Source: a candidate division WOR-3 bacterium (GTDB lineage: Bacteria > Hydrothermota > Tepidihabitantia > Tepidihabitantales > Tepidihabitantaceae). From it: a stretch of 32,116 bases of DNA. The stretch lies in NCBI GenBank assembly GCA_965649295.1, contig CBFGKH010000013.1:1-32116 (forward strand), read 5' to 3'. Positions within the stretch are counted from its first letter, which is position 1; the number at the start of each line of letters is the position of its first letter. Below are positions 16,185 to 25,713 of this stretch, piece after piece. The position numbers were made by a program, and so were the translations under genes. The notes below the pieces were generated by a model. That model searched no databases. It saw only the letters and a list, made by a program, of their open reading frames with translations, and was not told where the DNA came from.

Positions 16185-18020
16185 CTATTTGCCGGTGTTA
16201 TAGACGTTTTTCATCCACTTGGGCCAGGCTGCACTCGCATCAAGGAGTTTGTCGGGATAGCCCTTCACGCAGTAGGTTGCCTGTTCACCAAGGACGATGA
16301 TGTTGCCGCGACCAGTGATCGTTGGTGAGGGTGTGATATCGGCGTCGGACAGCCGGCGAGCGCGTGGTGCTGAGCTGGGCAGAACCGCGGCGCAGTCACA
16401 CGTCCACTCGACGACACCGTTGTCCTGGCGGATGCAGTGGAGCTTATCGTCGTCGGTCTGTACATAGAGCAGTCCGCCAGTCACGATGATCGGCGCAGTT
16501 GATATTGCGTCGGTGAGAGTCCTCCGCCAGACAAGTGAACCGGATGTTGTCAGTGCGTAGAGTGTACCGATGTCAGTGCCAATAAATAGATACTGACCCA
16601 GTACAGGTCGCAAGCCGATACCGTCAAGAGTGTAGCTCCAGTTTACCGTCGGCGGATTCGTTGTGGGGTTGATGGAGTAAATCCGACGGGCATCGTTAGC
16701 GCAATAGATTGTACCGTCGTTGCCGAGTATCGGGCCATAGACCTCGCGAGCGCCAGGGAACTGGAGACGCCAGATGACCGTGTTGACGAGGTCATTCATC
16801 TTGTAGAGGTAGCCGGAGTCGGTACCAAAATAGACGTTACCGGCATTGTCCACAATCGGCGCATCGACGACCGAGGAGCCTAGATAGTATGGACCGCCAG
16901 CGACGACCGGTGCTTCATTGTCACCGCGATCAAGGAAGTAGTAGATGGCACCGGTACTTTCTTCCCGGCCAACGTAGATTTTGTTGCCGGATATGCAGGC
17001 GGGCCCGAATTCGTCGTAGGTGAGACTGTTGACTCCGCTGTCTGGCCAGTTCCACTTCCGGCTTGGGCCAGCACCTCTCAAGAAGTACAGTTCTCCTTCA
17101 TCAGAGCCAATGATGATATGTCCGTAGGATTCGAGATAGGCAGCATGGCCCGAGAACCAGGATTCTTCGGTTGAAACATATTTTGTCTGGACTCGACCAG
17201 CGCGGTCAGCAAACCGTCGGCTATTGACCTTGAGAGTGTAGAAGTAGAAATCGTCCTCGCAACTGGCGCCGACAACTGTGTCGGTTCCATTAAAGTAGAG
17301 GACTGGCGTTGTAACTAATGGCCAACCGTCGGCGTTCCACCAGTACCAGATAACACCGCCGGCTTCGCCGATACGTACGCTTACTGACTCAGGGTTCGAA
17401 ACCGCACCTTTCTTGTCCTTGGCATAGACTTTGATCCAGACTGTGCCAGTGTCTGTATAAGCGTAGGCAAGGCTGTCGGTGCTAGGGCTGGGTAGCCAGG
17501 TAGCTGAGCTGTCAGTCTTGTTTGACTTCCATTGGACGTAGATGCGCAGACTATCACCATTGGGGTCACGCGCCCAAGCCCGGACTGGCAGTTCCGCTTC
17601 CTTTGATGTGTAGCGCGATTCAACAGTCCAGATTGACTCAATTATTGGCGCGTCATTCTGAATCACGACGACTGACTTCGCTTCTGACCAGTCTGAAGCC
17701 TTGGCTGTGTTCTTGGCCAGCAGTGCCATTGCCTTAATCTGATACGTGCCTGCGACATTCCAGACGTGTCTGCCGCCGTACTGTGTGCCGCTTTCAACTG
17801 CGCCACTGGTGTCAATCTTGCCATCGCCCCAGTCGAAGACATATTGAATCTCACCGTTGGCAGTGGCTACGGTCGTATAAGTGGTATTTACTCCTGTCCA
17901 CGTTGTGTCTGGACCGGTTGGTTTTGCTGGGACTGTTGGCGGCTTGTCGCAACCGACCACGACCAGCAGTGTAAATGCTATGGCTATTGCTACCAATGCT
18001 GCGGTCTTGTTTTGGTTCAT
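16185..18020 (-). CDS. Lipoprotein with PKD/Ig-like domains and a PQQ-like (BamB-like) beta-propeller
   Basis: Lipobox LVVVG-C; YVFDWGDG..H.W..AGTY.IK (PKD); repeated P..D..G.VYFGT.SG.LY.....G...W blades; terminal WPKW..N..NTG; SD AGGAGG. Confidence 0.85.
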   Translation of the reverse strand: MNQNKTAALVAIAIAFTLLVVVGCDKPPTVPAKPTGPDTTWTGVNTTYTTVATANGEIQYVFDWGDGKIDTSGAVESGTQYGGRHVWNVAGTYQIKAMALLAKNTAKASDWSEAKSVVVIQNDAPIIESIWTVESRYTSKEAELPVRAWARDPNGDSLRIYVQWKSNKTDSSATWLPSPSTDSLAYAYTDTGTVWIKVYAKDKKGAVSNPESVSVRIGEAGGVIWYWWNADGWPLVTTPVLYFNGTDTVVGASCEDDFYFYTLKVNSRRFADRAGRVQTKYVSTEESWFSGHAAYLESYGHIIIGSDEGELYFLRGAGPSRKWNWPDSGVNSLTYDEFGPACISGNKIYVGREESTGAIYYFLDRGDNEAPVVAGGPYYLGSSVVDAPIVDNAGNVYFGTDSGYLYKMNDLVNTVIWRLQFPGAREVYGPILGNDGTIYCANDARRIYSINPTTNPPTVNWSYTLDGIGLRPVLGQYLFIGTDIGTLYALTTSGSLVWRRTLTDAISTAPIIVTGGLLYVQTDDDKLHCIRQDNGVVEWTCDCAAVLPSSAPRARRLSDADITPSPTITGRGNIIVLGEQATYCVKGYPDKLLDASAAWPKWMKNVYNTGK

Positions 18021-18041
18021 TAATGGCCTCCTGAAGGTCTG

Positions 18042-19073
18042 CTACTTGGTCACAACCGGGCCGTGAAAAGTACCTACTTCGGGCAGGCGGCAGGTGCCAC
18101 CGCGGCCGTCCTCGAAGTAGAAATAGTAGTCGTGCATTGAGCCGTACGGTAACCTAGTGCGATAGCTGTACTGGGCAAGACCGTTACGGCCGCTCCGCCG
18201 CGACATCTTGTGGGGAACGCCATCAATGTAGATGAGCGCGACAGCGGCGGGGTCGCCGTCAGCATCGCGGTAGTCAACGCGATAGCTGAAAGTCGATTTC
18301 GGCGAGCCAATTGTTGGGTCCTGGTTCGGGTCGAGCAGGACAGGTGGTTGGTTGGGCTGGCCATTCACCATTGGACCACGCAGAAAGCCTTTGGCCGGTA
18401 AGGTAACGCAGTCACCCTCACCGTCGTGGGCAACGAAATAGTAGGCGTGTGGTCCCGGCTCCAGCGTGGTCTGATAGAGATAAGTGCCGTTATTGGCCGT
18501 GCCCTTGTGCAGTTTCATCTGGTAGGGCACGCCATCGATGACCACTCGTACTGCCTGAGGTGGCTTGTCGTCATCCCGGTCGTGGTACTTCACTGTATAG
18601 GTGAAGATACTCTTGTCCGAGCCCTGTTCAAAGAAGACGCCGCCGTCAGTCAATACGGGTTGGCGATTGAGTGGCTGACGCGTACCAACAAATGGCCCGG
18701 CGATTGCTCCGTAACGAGGATAGCGTTCGCTGCCACCACGACCGTCTTCGGCATAGAAGTAGTAGTTGTGTTCGCCGGGCGGAAGAGTGAGTCGGGCGCG
18801 ATAGGTTCCTCGCGCAGCCTTGCCGCCGACGAGACGCATGGGGTAGGGTTGTCCGTTGATATAGACTTCGACCTTGGCCGGGACATCGCCGTCGGCGTCT
18901 TCATACTGGACCGTCGCCACATAGACGGTTTTGGTCGTACCGTTCATGGGCGTTATTGCCGGTTTGCACAGGCATGGATTGTTGTTTTCTGGACCGGCAA
19001 GCAGGGGTGCTGCCAGTAGTAGTGTTGCTAGAACAGCCGAGGCTGCCGCGAAAGCAGAATGCTTTGTGGGCAT
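18042..19073 (-). CDS. Secreted protein of three tandem ~105-aa Ig/cadherin-like repeats
   Basis: Signal peptide; 3x Y.D.DGD.P....V.IDG.P..M.......G.Y.....L..G.H.YYF...DG.G....P..G...GP.V; SD AGGAGGA. Confidence 0.85.
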   Translation of the reverse strand: MPTKHSAFAAASAVLATLLLAAPLLAGPENNNPCLCKPAITPMNGTTKTVYVATVQYEDADGDVPAKVEVYINGQPYPMRLVGGKAARGTYRARLTLPPGEHNYYFYAEDGRGGSERYPRYGAIAGPFVGTRQPLNRQPVLTDGGVFFEQGSDKSIFTYTVKYHDRDDDKPPQAVRVVIDGVPYQMKLHKGTANNGTYLYQTTLEPGPHAYYFVAHDGEGDCVTLPAKGFLRGPMVNGQPNQPPVLLDPNQDPTIGSPKSTFSYRVDYRDADGDPAAVALIYIDGVPHKMSRRSGRNGLAQYSYRTRLPYGSMHDYYFYFEDGRGGTCRLPEVGTFHGPVVTK

Positions 19074-19099
19074 TCTTCCTCCTTTGTCATCGCTCCGCC

Positions 19100-19128
19100 A
19101 TTATAGGTTTGTGCTGAGAAAGTGTCAA
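19100..19128 (-). promoter_or_regulatory. Perfect consensus sigma70 promoter of the repeat-protein/lipoprotein pair
   Basis: TTGACA (19128-19123), 17 bp, TATAAT (19105-19100). Confidence 0.85.
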
Positions 19129-19135
19129 GGTGAGT

Positions 19136-19248
19136 TGTCCGGGACTGGGGTTGATAAGTGTAGCTGACACCAAGAGTTTTGGACACCGATTGGCGCCGGT
19201 CGCTGCCGGCGCGGGTATATCCCGCTGGTCAGTGCAATACCCGGACAC
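19136..19248 (-). ncRNA. Candidate structured non-coding RNA or cis-regulatory leader, family unknown
   Basis: Terminal stem UGUCCGGG/CCCGGACA, inner CUGAC/GUCAG, hairpins GCGGG-AUAUA-CCCGC and GCCGG-CAGCGA-CCGGC; starts at the predicted +1 of a separate promoter. Confidence 0.5.
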
Positions 19249-19254
19249 TACAAC

Positions 19255-19282
19255 ATCTTAGCGTATCATGTCTGTCTGTCAA
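19255..19282 (-). promoter_or_regulatory. sigma70 promoter for the candidate ncRNA
   Basis: TTGACA (19282-19277), 16 bp, TAAGAT (19260-19255). Confidence 0.65.
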
Positions 19283-19390
19283 TCGCCGCGGACGCATCCA
19301 CCCACTGAGAGACTGGTTTCTAGTTCGGTAAGTAACAGACAGGTAGCAGGTCATCGGGGCTGACGCGACAACGAATGAGGTGACGGGAGG

Positions 19391-19418
19391 TTGACTTCCG
19401 GCCAGCTTCGGGTATTGT
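19391..19418 (+). promoter_or_regulatory. sigma70 promoter of rpsO-pnp
   Basis: TTGACT (19391-19396), 16 bp, TATTGT (19413-19418); SD GGAGG at 19438. Confidence 0.6.
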
Positions 19419-19452
19419 AGGTCGCAAATAATAATACGGAGGAAACACTGTC

Positions 19453-19722
19453 ATGCCACTGACAAAAGAGCAGAAGGGCCGATTGATTGAGGCTTATCGG
19501 TTGCACGGGTCAGATACCGGTTCGCCCGAGGTCCAGATTGCAATTCTCTCTGAGCGTATTGGGATGCTGACCGAGCATCTGAAAACGCACAAGAAGGATA
19601 AGCACTCGCGCCGCGGTTTGATAAAGCTCGTAAACGAACGGCGTCGCCATCTCGACTATCTGATTAAACACCACAAAGACCGCTACGAGAAAATCGTCAG
19701 CAGTCTCGGGCTGCGGGGCTAA
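19453..19722 (+). CDS. rpsO: 30S ribosomal protein S15
   Basis: [33 protein letters not shown]. Confidence 0.98.
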   Translation: MPLTKEQKGRLIEAYRLHGSDTGSPEVQIAILSERIGMLTEHLKTHKKDKHSRRGLIKLVNERRRHLDYLIKHHKDRYEKIVSSLGLRG

Positions 19723-19723
19723 C

Positions 19724-21970
19724 GTGCACCGCGTCGAGCAAGTAGTGTGCGGCCGCACACTTTCCTTGGAGGTTGGTCGTGTGGCCAAACAAGCAGATGG
19801 CGGAGTGCTGGCTCGGTACGGCGATACGGTAATTCTGGCAAGTGCTTGCTATAGGAAAGAGTTGCCGACTGCGTATCAGGATTTTTTCCCGCTGACGGTT
19901 GATTACCGTGAGTTGGCCTACGCTGCCGGCAAGATACCAGGTGGTTTCTTCAAGCGTGAGGGGAAGCCGCGGGACAAGGAGACGCTTACCTGTCGGTTGA
20001 TTGATCGGCCGATTCGACCGCTATTCCCGCCGAACTTTCGCAACGAAACGCAGATTGTCGGTTTCCTCCTTTCGACCGATATGGAGAATGAGGGCGATTT
20101 TCTGGCACTAGTCGCCGCTTCCGCTGCTTTGCATGTCTCGGATATTCCCTTCCTGGGACCGATCGGTGCCTGCCGGGTGGGCAAGTTCGGCGACGAGTTT
20201 GTACTCAATCCGGCGATGAACCGTGAGGCCGAGGCCGACATGTGGATGATTTACGTCGGCGTTGGCGAGCAGGTGATGACGATTGCCGGCCAAGCTCGGG
20301 ATGCTTCGCCGGAGGATATCGACCGGGGCTGGGAGCTTGCTCTGCCGGTAATCAAGCAGACTATCGCTTTGCAGGAGGAGCTGCGGAGTCTGGCGGGTAA
20401 GCCGAAGCTAGTGATGGACAAGCCATTGGTGCCGCCAGAGCTGGCGGCGGATGTCAAGCGACTTGCGGCTGACAGGGTGAAGGCGGCGAATGACATTCAG
20501 GACAAACAAGCACGGGGAAAGGCCCGAACCGAACTCGCGAACGCTGTCATTGCCGAGCTGGCCGAGAAGTACCCGGACATGGACAAGGCAATCCGTGAGG
20601 TTCTTGATGAGATGACAGGTGCCGACATGCGACAACGGGTGCTTGGCAGTGGGGTACGACTCGATGGTCGCAAGGAGGACGAGGTGCGGCCAATTGAGTG
20701 CGCGGTTGGCGTGCTGCCCAGGACCCATGGCTCGGCGCTTTTCACTCGCGGCCAGACCCAGTCGCTGGCAGCAACAACTCTCGGCACCAAGCAGGATGAG
20801 CAGGTGATTGATGATGTGGAGCTGGAGATGGAGGAGAAGAAGTCGTTCATGCTCCACTACAATTTCCCACCGTTTTCGGTCGGGGAGGTGAAGTTCCTGC
20901 GTGGTCCGGGTCGGCGCGACATCGGTCACGGCGATCTGGCCGAGCGGGCCCTGGCAGCGGTTATGCCCCGCGAGGAGGAGTTTCCTTACACGGTGCGGGT
21001 GGTGTCGGATATTCTTGAGTCCAACGGGAGTTCCTCAATGGCCTCGGTCTGCGCTGGCTCTTTGTCGTTGATGGATGCCGGCGTACCGATTCGGGCAGCG
21101 GTTGCGGGAATGGCGATGGGACTCATTACCGACGGCGACCCGACCGTTTCCCTGGGAACAAGTCTCAGTCAAGGCGCCCAATACCGGATTGTGACCGACA
21201 TCATCGGTGACGAAGACCACTATGGCTATATGGACTTCAAGGTGGCGGGAACACGGCGGGGAATCACTGCCATCCAGCTCGACCTGAAGCTGCCGGGTGT
21301 TCCGTATACCGTGTTGGCTGAGGCGTTGCGGCGGGCAACAGTCGCTCGGCTGCATGTCTTGGACATAATGGACAGGACTCTTGATAAGCCGCGGCCGGAC
21401 ATCTCGCGGTACGCACCGCGAATCGTCTCGATTGTAATTGATAAGGAGAAGATCGGAACGGTCATCGGGCCCGGCGGCAAGATGATTCGGAAGATTACGG
21501 AGGAGACTGGCGCCAAGATTGACATCGAAGACGATGGTACGGTAACGATTGCCGCGACCAACCCAGATGCCCTTACTGCCGCCCGCGAGTGGATCGAGTC
21601 GCTCGTGGCTGAGGTTGAGGTCGGCAAGCTCTACTACGGGATGGTAACCCGGTTGATGAACTTCGGTGCGTTTGTCGAGATTCTGCCTGGCAAAGAAGGG
21701 TTGATTCACATCTCGCAGCTTGGCCCGGAGCGCTACAACCGGGTTGAGGATGCGGTGAAGGTTGGCGACAAGGTCTGGGTCAAGGTCGTCGAGATTGACG
21801 AGCTCGGAAGAGTCAATCTCTCACGCCGCAAGGCGATGGAGGAACGAGGCGAGATCCCGCCTTCTGATGATTCTGGCCGGGCCGACCGACCACCCCGGCG
21901 GAGCGGTCCGCCCCGTGGCGGCCGGGAGCGCGACCGGGACCGGCGGGACCGACGCGGACAACGCCGGTAG
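19724..21970 (+). CDS. pnp: Polyribonucleotide nucleotidyltransferase (PNPase)
   Basis: FFPLTVDYRE, GKIPGGFFKREG, RLIDRPIRPLF, HGSALFTRGQTQ, ESNGSSSMAS, MDFKVAGT, KH (IGPGGKMI) and S1 domains. Confidence 0.98.
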   Translation: MHRVEQVVCGRTLSLEVGRVAKQADGGVLARYGDTVILASACYRKELPTAYQDFFPLTVDYRELAYAAGKIPGGFFKREGKPRDKETLTCRLIDRPIRPLFPPNFRNETQIVGFLLSTDMENEGDFLALVAASAALHVSDIPFLGPIGACRVGKFGDEFVLNPAMNREAEADMWMIYVGVGEQVMTIAGQARDASPEDIDRGWELALPVIKQTIALQEELRSLAGKPKLVMDKPLVPPELAADVKRLAADRVKAANDIQDKQARGKARTELANAVIAELAEKYPDMDKAIREVLDEMTGADMRQRVLGSGVRLDGRKEDEVRPIECAVGVLPRTHGSALFTRGQTQSLAATTLGTKQDEQVIDDVELEMEEKKSFMLHYNFPPFSVGEVKFLRGPGRRDIGHGDLAERALAAVMPREEEFPYTVRVVSDILESNGSSSMASVCAGSLSLMDAGVPIRAAVAGMAMGLITDGDPTVSLGTSLSQGAQYRIVTDIIGDEDHYGYMDFKVAGTRRGITAIQLDLKLPGVPYTVLAEALRRATVARLHVLDIMDRTLDKPRPDISRYAPRIVSIVIDKEKIGTVIGPGGKMIRKITEETGAKIDIEDDGTVTIAATNPDALTAAREWIESLVAEVEVGKLYYGMVTRLMNFGAFVEILPGKEGLIHISQLGPERYNRVEDAVKVGDKVWVKVVEIDELGRVNLSRRKAMEERGEIPPSDDSGRADRPPRRSGPPRGGRERDRDRRDRRGQRR

Positions 21971-22004
21971 GACCGGCAGACGAAGCCAGCGGTTAGAAGC
22001 TAAC

Positions 22005-23282
22005 GTGCAGCAGGCTGCCGGACCAGAAGTAACGACTCTCCCCGGCGGCCTGGTTGTTGTTACTGAAAAGTTGCCGTATGTGCGTTCAGTCGCACTCGGA
22101 ATCTCGTTTCGGGTTGGTGGTCGCGACGACCCGGCCGACAAAGTCGGGCTGGCACACATGGTTGAACACATGGTGTTCAAGGGTACGCCGGACAAAGACG
22201 CGGTGGCGATAAACATTGCCGCTGAGAGTTTGGGTGCTGAGCTCAATGCCTTCACTGACAAGGAGGGCACCTGTTTTTGGAGCCGGGCGGCTGGTGACCA
22301 GGCAGGGCCGGTTACTGAGCTGCTCTGTGAAATTGTGTCCGGTCCGGCATTTGCCGCTACTGAGCTGGAGAAAGAGAAGCTGGTTGTCGCCGAGGAGATA
22401 AGGACGGCGGCCGAGGACCCAGATTCGACTGCGGCCAGTTTGCTCTTTGAGGCGGTCTATGGCAGCCATCCGATGGGCTGGCCGATTGCCGGGACACTTG
22501 AGAGTGTGGCGAGGATAACCAGTCAGTCAATCAGCGACCACTACCACCGTTACTACGGCCCGGCGCACGGGGTGGCGGTTGCGGTCGGTGATGTCAGTCA
22601 TCAGGCAATGGTTGACCGGTTTGCGCCACTGCTTGCCGAGCACAACGAATGCGTTCCCGTGGTACGCAACGCACCAACACCGGCTCAAGCCGGTCTGCGT
22701 CTTGAGACGCGACGGGAACTTAGTCAGAGCTATGTCTGTCTGGCAAAGCCAGCATTCGCCTATGCTGATTCCCGACGCTACGCCCTGTTTGTGTTGAATA
22801 CGGCCTTGGGTGGCGGGGTCTCGTCCCGGTTGTTTCAGCGCTTGCGTGAGCGTGAGGCATTAGTATATTCGATTTCAAGTTTCACCGAGCTCTACGTGGA
22901 TTCTGGACTGCTCGGTATCTACTTTGTGACCGACAGTCGCAAACTGGGCCGCTGCCTTGATGTCATTCGTGATGAGTTGCGGCGGCTGCGTGAGCATGGG
23001 CTCGCCATCGAGGAGTTCGAGCGGGCCCGCAACATGACCCGAAGTTCGGTGCTCCTAGCACTGGAAAGCCCGACCAGCCGGATGTTGCGGCTGGCTCGTA
23101 CTTACCAGCTACTCGGCGAGGTCACGCCAGTGGATGCGACGATTGCCGGTCTTGATAGGACAACGCCAGCTGATGTTGACCGGTTGATTAGCGAGCTGCT
23201 GAGTGATGAGTTCAGGCTGGCCGGCGCGGTTAGCCCGATGAGCGAAGCTGAGTTCGCGCAGCAGCTAACTGCCAACAGCTAG
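22005..23282 (+). CDS. M16 family (pitrilysin/MPP-like) zinc peptidase
   Basis: GLAHMVEHMVFKGT (HxxEH), LNAFTDKE, LGGGVSSRLFQRLRE; start GTG 22005 avoids overlap with pnp. Confidence 0.93.
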   Translation: MQQAAGPEVTTLPGGLVVVTEKLPYVRSVALGISFRVGGRDDPADKVGLAHMVEHMVFKGTPDKDAVAINIAAESLGAELNAFTDKEGTCFWSRAAGDQAGPVTELLCEIVSGPAFAATELEKEKLVVAEEIRTAAEDPDSTAASLLFEAVYGSHPMGWPIAGTLESVARITSQSISDHYHRYYGPAHGVAVAVGDVSHQAMVDRFAPLLAEHNECVPVVRNAPTPAQAGLRLETRRELSQSYVCLAKPAFAYADSRRYALFVLNTALGGGVSSRLFQRLREREALVYSISSFTELYVDSGLLGIYFVTDSRKLGRCLDVIRDELRRLREHGLAIEEFERARNMTRSSVLLALESPTSRMLRLARTYQLLGEVTPVDATIAGLDRTTPADVDRLISELLSDEFRLAGAVSPMSEAEFAQQLTANS

Positions 23283-23326
23283 CAGCGCTGACCGGAAGGC
23301 TGATAGCTGAGTAAGGAGTCGAAGCA

Positions 23327-24529
23327 ATGCGTCAGATTACTCTCTCTCGACGCGCGGTCGAAGCACCGGCGTCGCCAATCCGCCGACTGGTGCCGCTTGC
23401 CGACCAAGCCCGGGCGCGCGGAGTCAAGGTCTATCATCTAAACATCGGTCAGCCTGATATTGAGACGCCGGCAGAGATGATGGCTGGCTACCGCAATGTC
23501 AACATCAAGGTGCTCTCCTATGGTCCGTCGCAGGGGCTGCCTGAGTATATTGGTGCGCTGGTAGGGTACTATCGTCGGGTGGGTATCAATGTCGAGACCA
23601 AAGATGTGATTATTACAACCGGTGGGTCGGAGGCAATATCCTTCGCCTTTGATGCCATCGCTGACGCCGGCGATGAGATTATCGTTCCGGAGCCGTTCTA
23701 TACCAATTACGCAGGATTTGCCGCCACGGCCAGCGTGCGGCTGGTGCCGGTCACCTGCCGGGCCGAGGATGGTTTTGCTCTCCCGCCGCGTTCGGTATTT
23801 GAGGCGGTTATCACCGAGCGAACGCGGGGTATCATTTACTCCAATCCGGGTAATCCAACCGGCGTGGTGTACACCCGGGCTGAACTGGAGATGCTCGGGG
23901 ACATCTGTCGGGAGCACGGCCTCTTCTTGATTGGTGACGAGGCCTACCGTGAGTTCATCTACGATGACACCGAACATACGAGCGTCCTCAACATTCCGGG
24001 CATTGAGGACCGGGCAATCCTGGTGGATAGCGTTTCGAAGCGATACAGCGCTTGCGGGGCCCGGATCGGTTGTGTGATTAGTCGCAACCACGAGCTGATG
24101 GCAGCGATGCTGCGGTTTGGGCAGGCCCGGCTCTGTCCGCCAACGATTGACCAGCTTGCGGCTGCGGCTGCGCTGCGGGTTCCGGAAAGTTACTATCAGG
24201 AGCTCAGACGTGAGTATCAGTGCCGGCGGGACGTTGTCTGCGCGGCGCTGGCCAGGCTGCCGGGCGTGATCTGTCAGAAGCCACGGGGTGCGTTCTATGT
24301 GATGGCCAAACTGCCGATTGATGATGCTGAGCGGTTTGCCAGTTTCTTGCTCAACGATTTCAGCCTTGACCGCGAGACGGTGATGGTGGCGCCGGCTGAT
24401 GGCTTCTATGCGACGCCGGGGAAGGGTAAGGACGAGGTTCGTATCGCCTACGTTCTTAACTGCGCCGACCTCGAACGGGCGATGACCATTCTCGGCGCCG
24501 GGCTAGCGGCTTACCCGCGACGAAAGTAG
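23327..24529 (+). CDS. PLP-dependent aminotransferase class I/II (aspartate aminotransferase-like)
   Basis: LNIGQPD, TTGGSEA, SNPGNPTG, DEAYREF, DSVSKRYSACGARIG; SD AAGGAG. Confidence 0.94.
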   Translation: MRQITLSRRAVEAPASPIRRLVPLADQARARGVKVYHLNIGQPDIETPAEMMAGYRNVNIKVLSYGPSQGLPEYIGALVGYYRRVGINVETKDVIITTGGSEAISFAFDAIADAGDEIIVPEPFYTNYAGFAATASVRLVPVTCRAEDGFALPPRSVFEAVITERTRGIIYSNPGNPTGVVYTRAELEMLGDICREHGLFLIGDEAYREFIYDDTEHTSVLNIPGIEDRAILVDSVSKRYSACGARIGCVISRNHELMAAMLRFGQARLCPPTIDQLAAAAALRVPESYYQELRREYQCRRDVVCAALARLPGVICQKPRGAFYVMAKLPIDDAERFASFLLNDFSLDRETVMVAPADGFYATPGKGKDEVRIAYVLNCADLERAMTILGAGLAAYPRRK

Positions 24530-24531
24530 TG

Positions 24532-25713
24532 ATGGGGCGACCGCTGCGCATCTGCATGGTCTCGGACAACTACTATCCATACATCGGCGGAGTGGCTGAG
24601 CATGTCCATCATCTCTCGGTGGAGCTACGGCGGCGGGGGCACGAAGTAAACATTCTTACTTCCAATTTCGACAGTCGCACTATCGGTTGTCTTGAGACAG
24701 CACCAGAAGAGCAGTACATCAAGCGCATCGGTCAGGGCATCACCATTCAGTCGAACAAGTCTTTCACCCGCATTCCTATTGCGTGGCGGCCGCTGGCCCA
24801 GGTGCGGCGCTATTTTCGCGAGCGGAAGTTTGATATCATCCACACGCACGGCTCACTGGCGCCGACGTTCGTGATTACTGCCATCAATGCCTCGCGTTCA
24901 ATCAATGTTTGCACATTTCATGCCGGCCACGATGCGAGTCTTGGTTACGCCTTGTTTGGTTCGCTGTTGAAACCTTATTTCCGGGCGCTGCACGGGCTGA
25001 TTGCTGTTTCGGAGACAGCCAAGAGTTCGATTGCGAGGTACTTCCCTGGCGATTATCGGATTATCCCCAACGGCATTGATATTGACTTCTTCAGCCCGGA
25101 TGCCGAACCGATGCCTGAACTGAACGATGGCCGACCGAGAATACTCTTCATGGGTCGGTTCGAGCCGCGTAAAGGGCTTAAGTACCTGCTGATGGCAATG
25201 CCGGAGATTGTCCGGGCGGTGCCGGATGTTGAGTTGGTCGTACTGGGTACGGGATTTCTGGGCTACTCCTACAAGTCATACCTTGACAAAGAGGTCCAGG
25301 AACACGTGCGCTGGGTTGGGCTCGTGCCAAGCGAACAGCGACCGCGCTATCTGGCAAGCTGTGATGTTTTCTGCTCACCGGCGACCGGTAACGAGAGTTT
25401 TGGTATCGTCTTGCTGGAGGCGATGGCGACTAAGACGCCAGTTGTGGCGTCGGACATTCCGGGCTACCGCTCGGTAATGACTGAGAACGAACAGGGATTG
25501 TTTGTGCCGCCTTGTGATTCCTCCGCCCTGGCCAAGGCTGTCATCCGGCTGCTCAAGGACCCGGAACTGCTGCGCCGGTTAGGCGAGGGCGGCCGCAAGC
25601 GGGCAGCCGAGTTCGCCTGGCCACGGATTGCCGAGCGGGTGGAGAAGGTCTATTACGAGTTGCTCGAACGCTATCCCTGTCCCCGTTACGGCCGCCAGCC
25701 GGTCTTGGGTTGA
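24532..25713 (+). CDS. GT4 glycosyltransferase, PimA-like
   Basis: YYPYIGGVAEHV, IAVS, IIPNGID, LFMGRFEPRKG, ESFGIVLLEAMA..PVVASDIPGY. Confidence 0.9.
   Translation: MGRPLRICMVSDNYYPYIGGVAEHVHHLSVELRRRGHEVNILTSNFDSRTIGCLETAPEEQYIKRIGQGITIQSNKSFTRIPIAWRPLAQVRRYFRERKFDIIHTHGSLAPTFVITAINASRSINVCTFHAGHDASLGYALFGSLLKPYFRALHGLIAVSETAKSSIARYFPGDYRIIPNGIDIDFFSPDAEPMPELNDGRPRILFMGRFEPRKGLKYLLMAMPEIVRAVPDVELVVLGTGFLGYSYKSYLDKEVQEHVRWVGLVPSEQRPRYLASCDVFCSPATGNESFGIVLLEAMATKTPVVASDIPGYRSVMTENEQGLFVPPCDSSALAKAVIRLLKDPELLRRLGEGGRKRAAEFAWPRIAERVEKVYYELLERYPCPRYGRQPVLG

Noticed and set aside
19149..19157. DnaA-box-like GGTTGATAA
   Set aside because: Two mismatches, a single copy, and no AT-rich unwinding element; not oriC
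19118..19249. Y RNA-like pairing (AGUGUC-C-GG with CUUGACACU-UU)
   Set aside because: The competing 8-bp helix is stronger, TTGACA is explained as a -35 element, and no Ro60/rsr gene is in the window; kept only as a hypothesis to test
19245..19262. NrdR-box-like ACTACAACATCTTAG
   Set aside because: Single degenerate copy, no nrd gene nearby, and it overlaps a -10 element
21762..22004. Long N-terminal extension of the M16 ORF overlapping pnp
   Set aside because: Alternative-frame read of the low-complexity pnp tail; homology starts after GTG 22005
23260..23312. Clustered AGCT/GCTGA words
   Set aside because: Irregular and short, with no spacer structure; not CRISPR or a defined repeat
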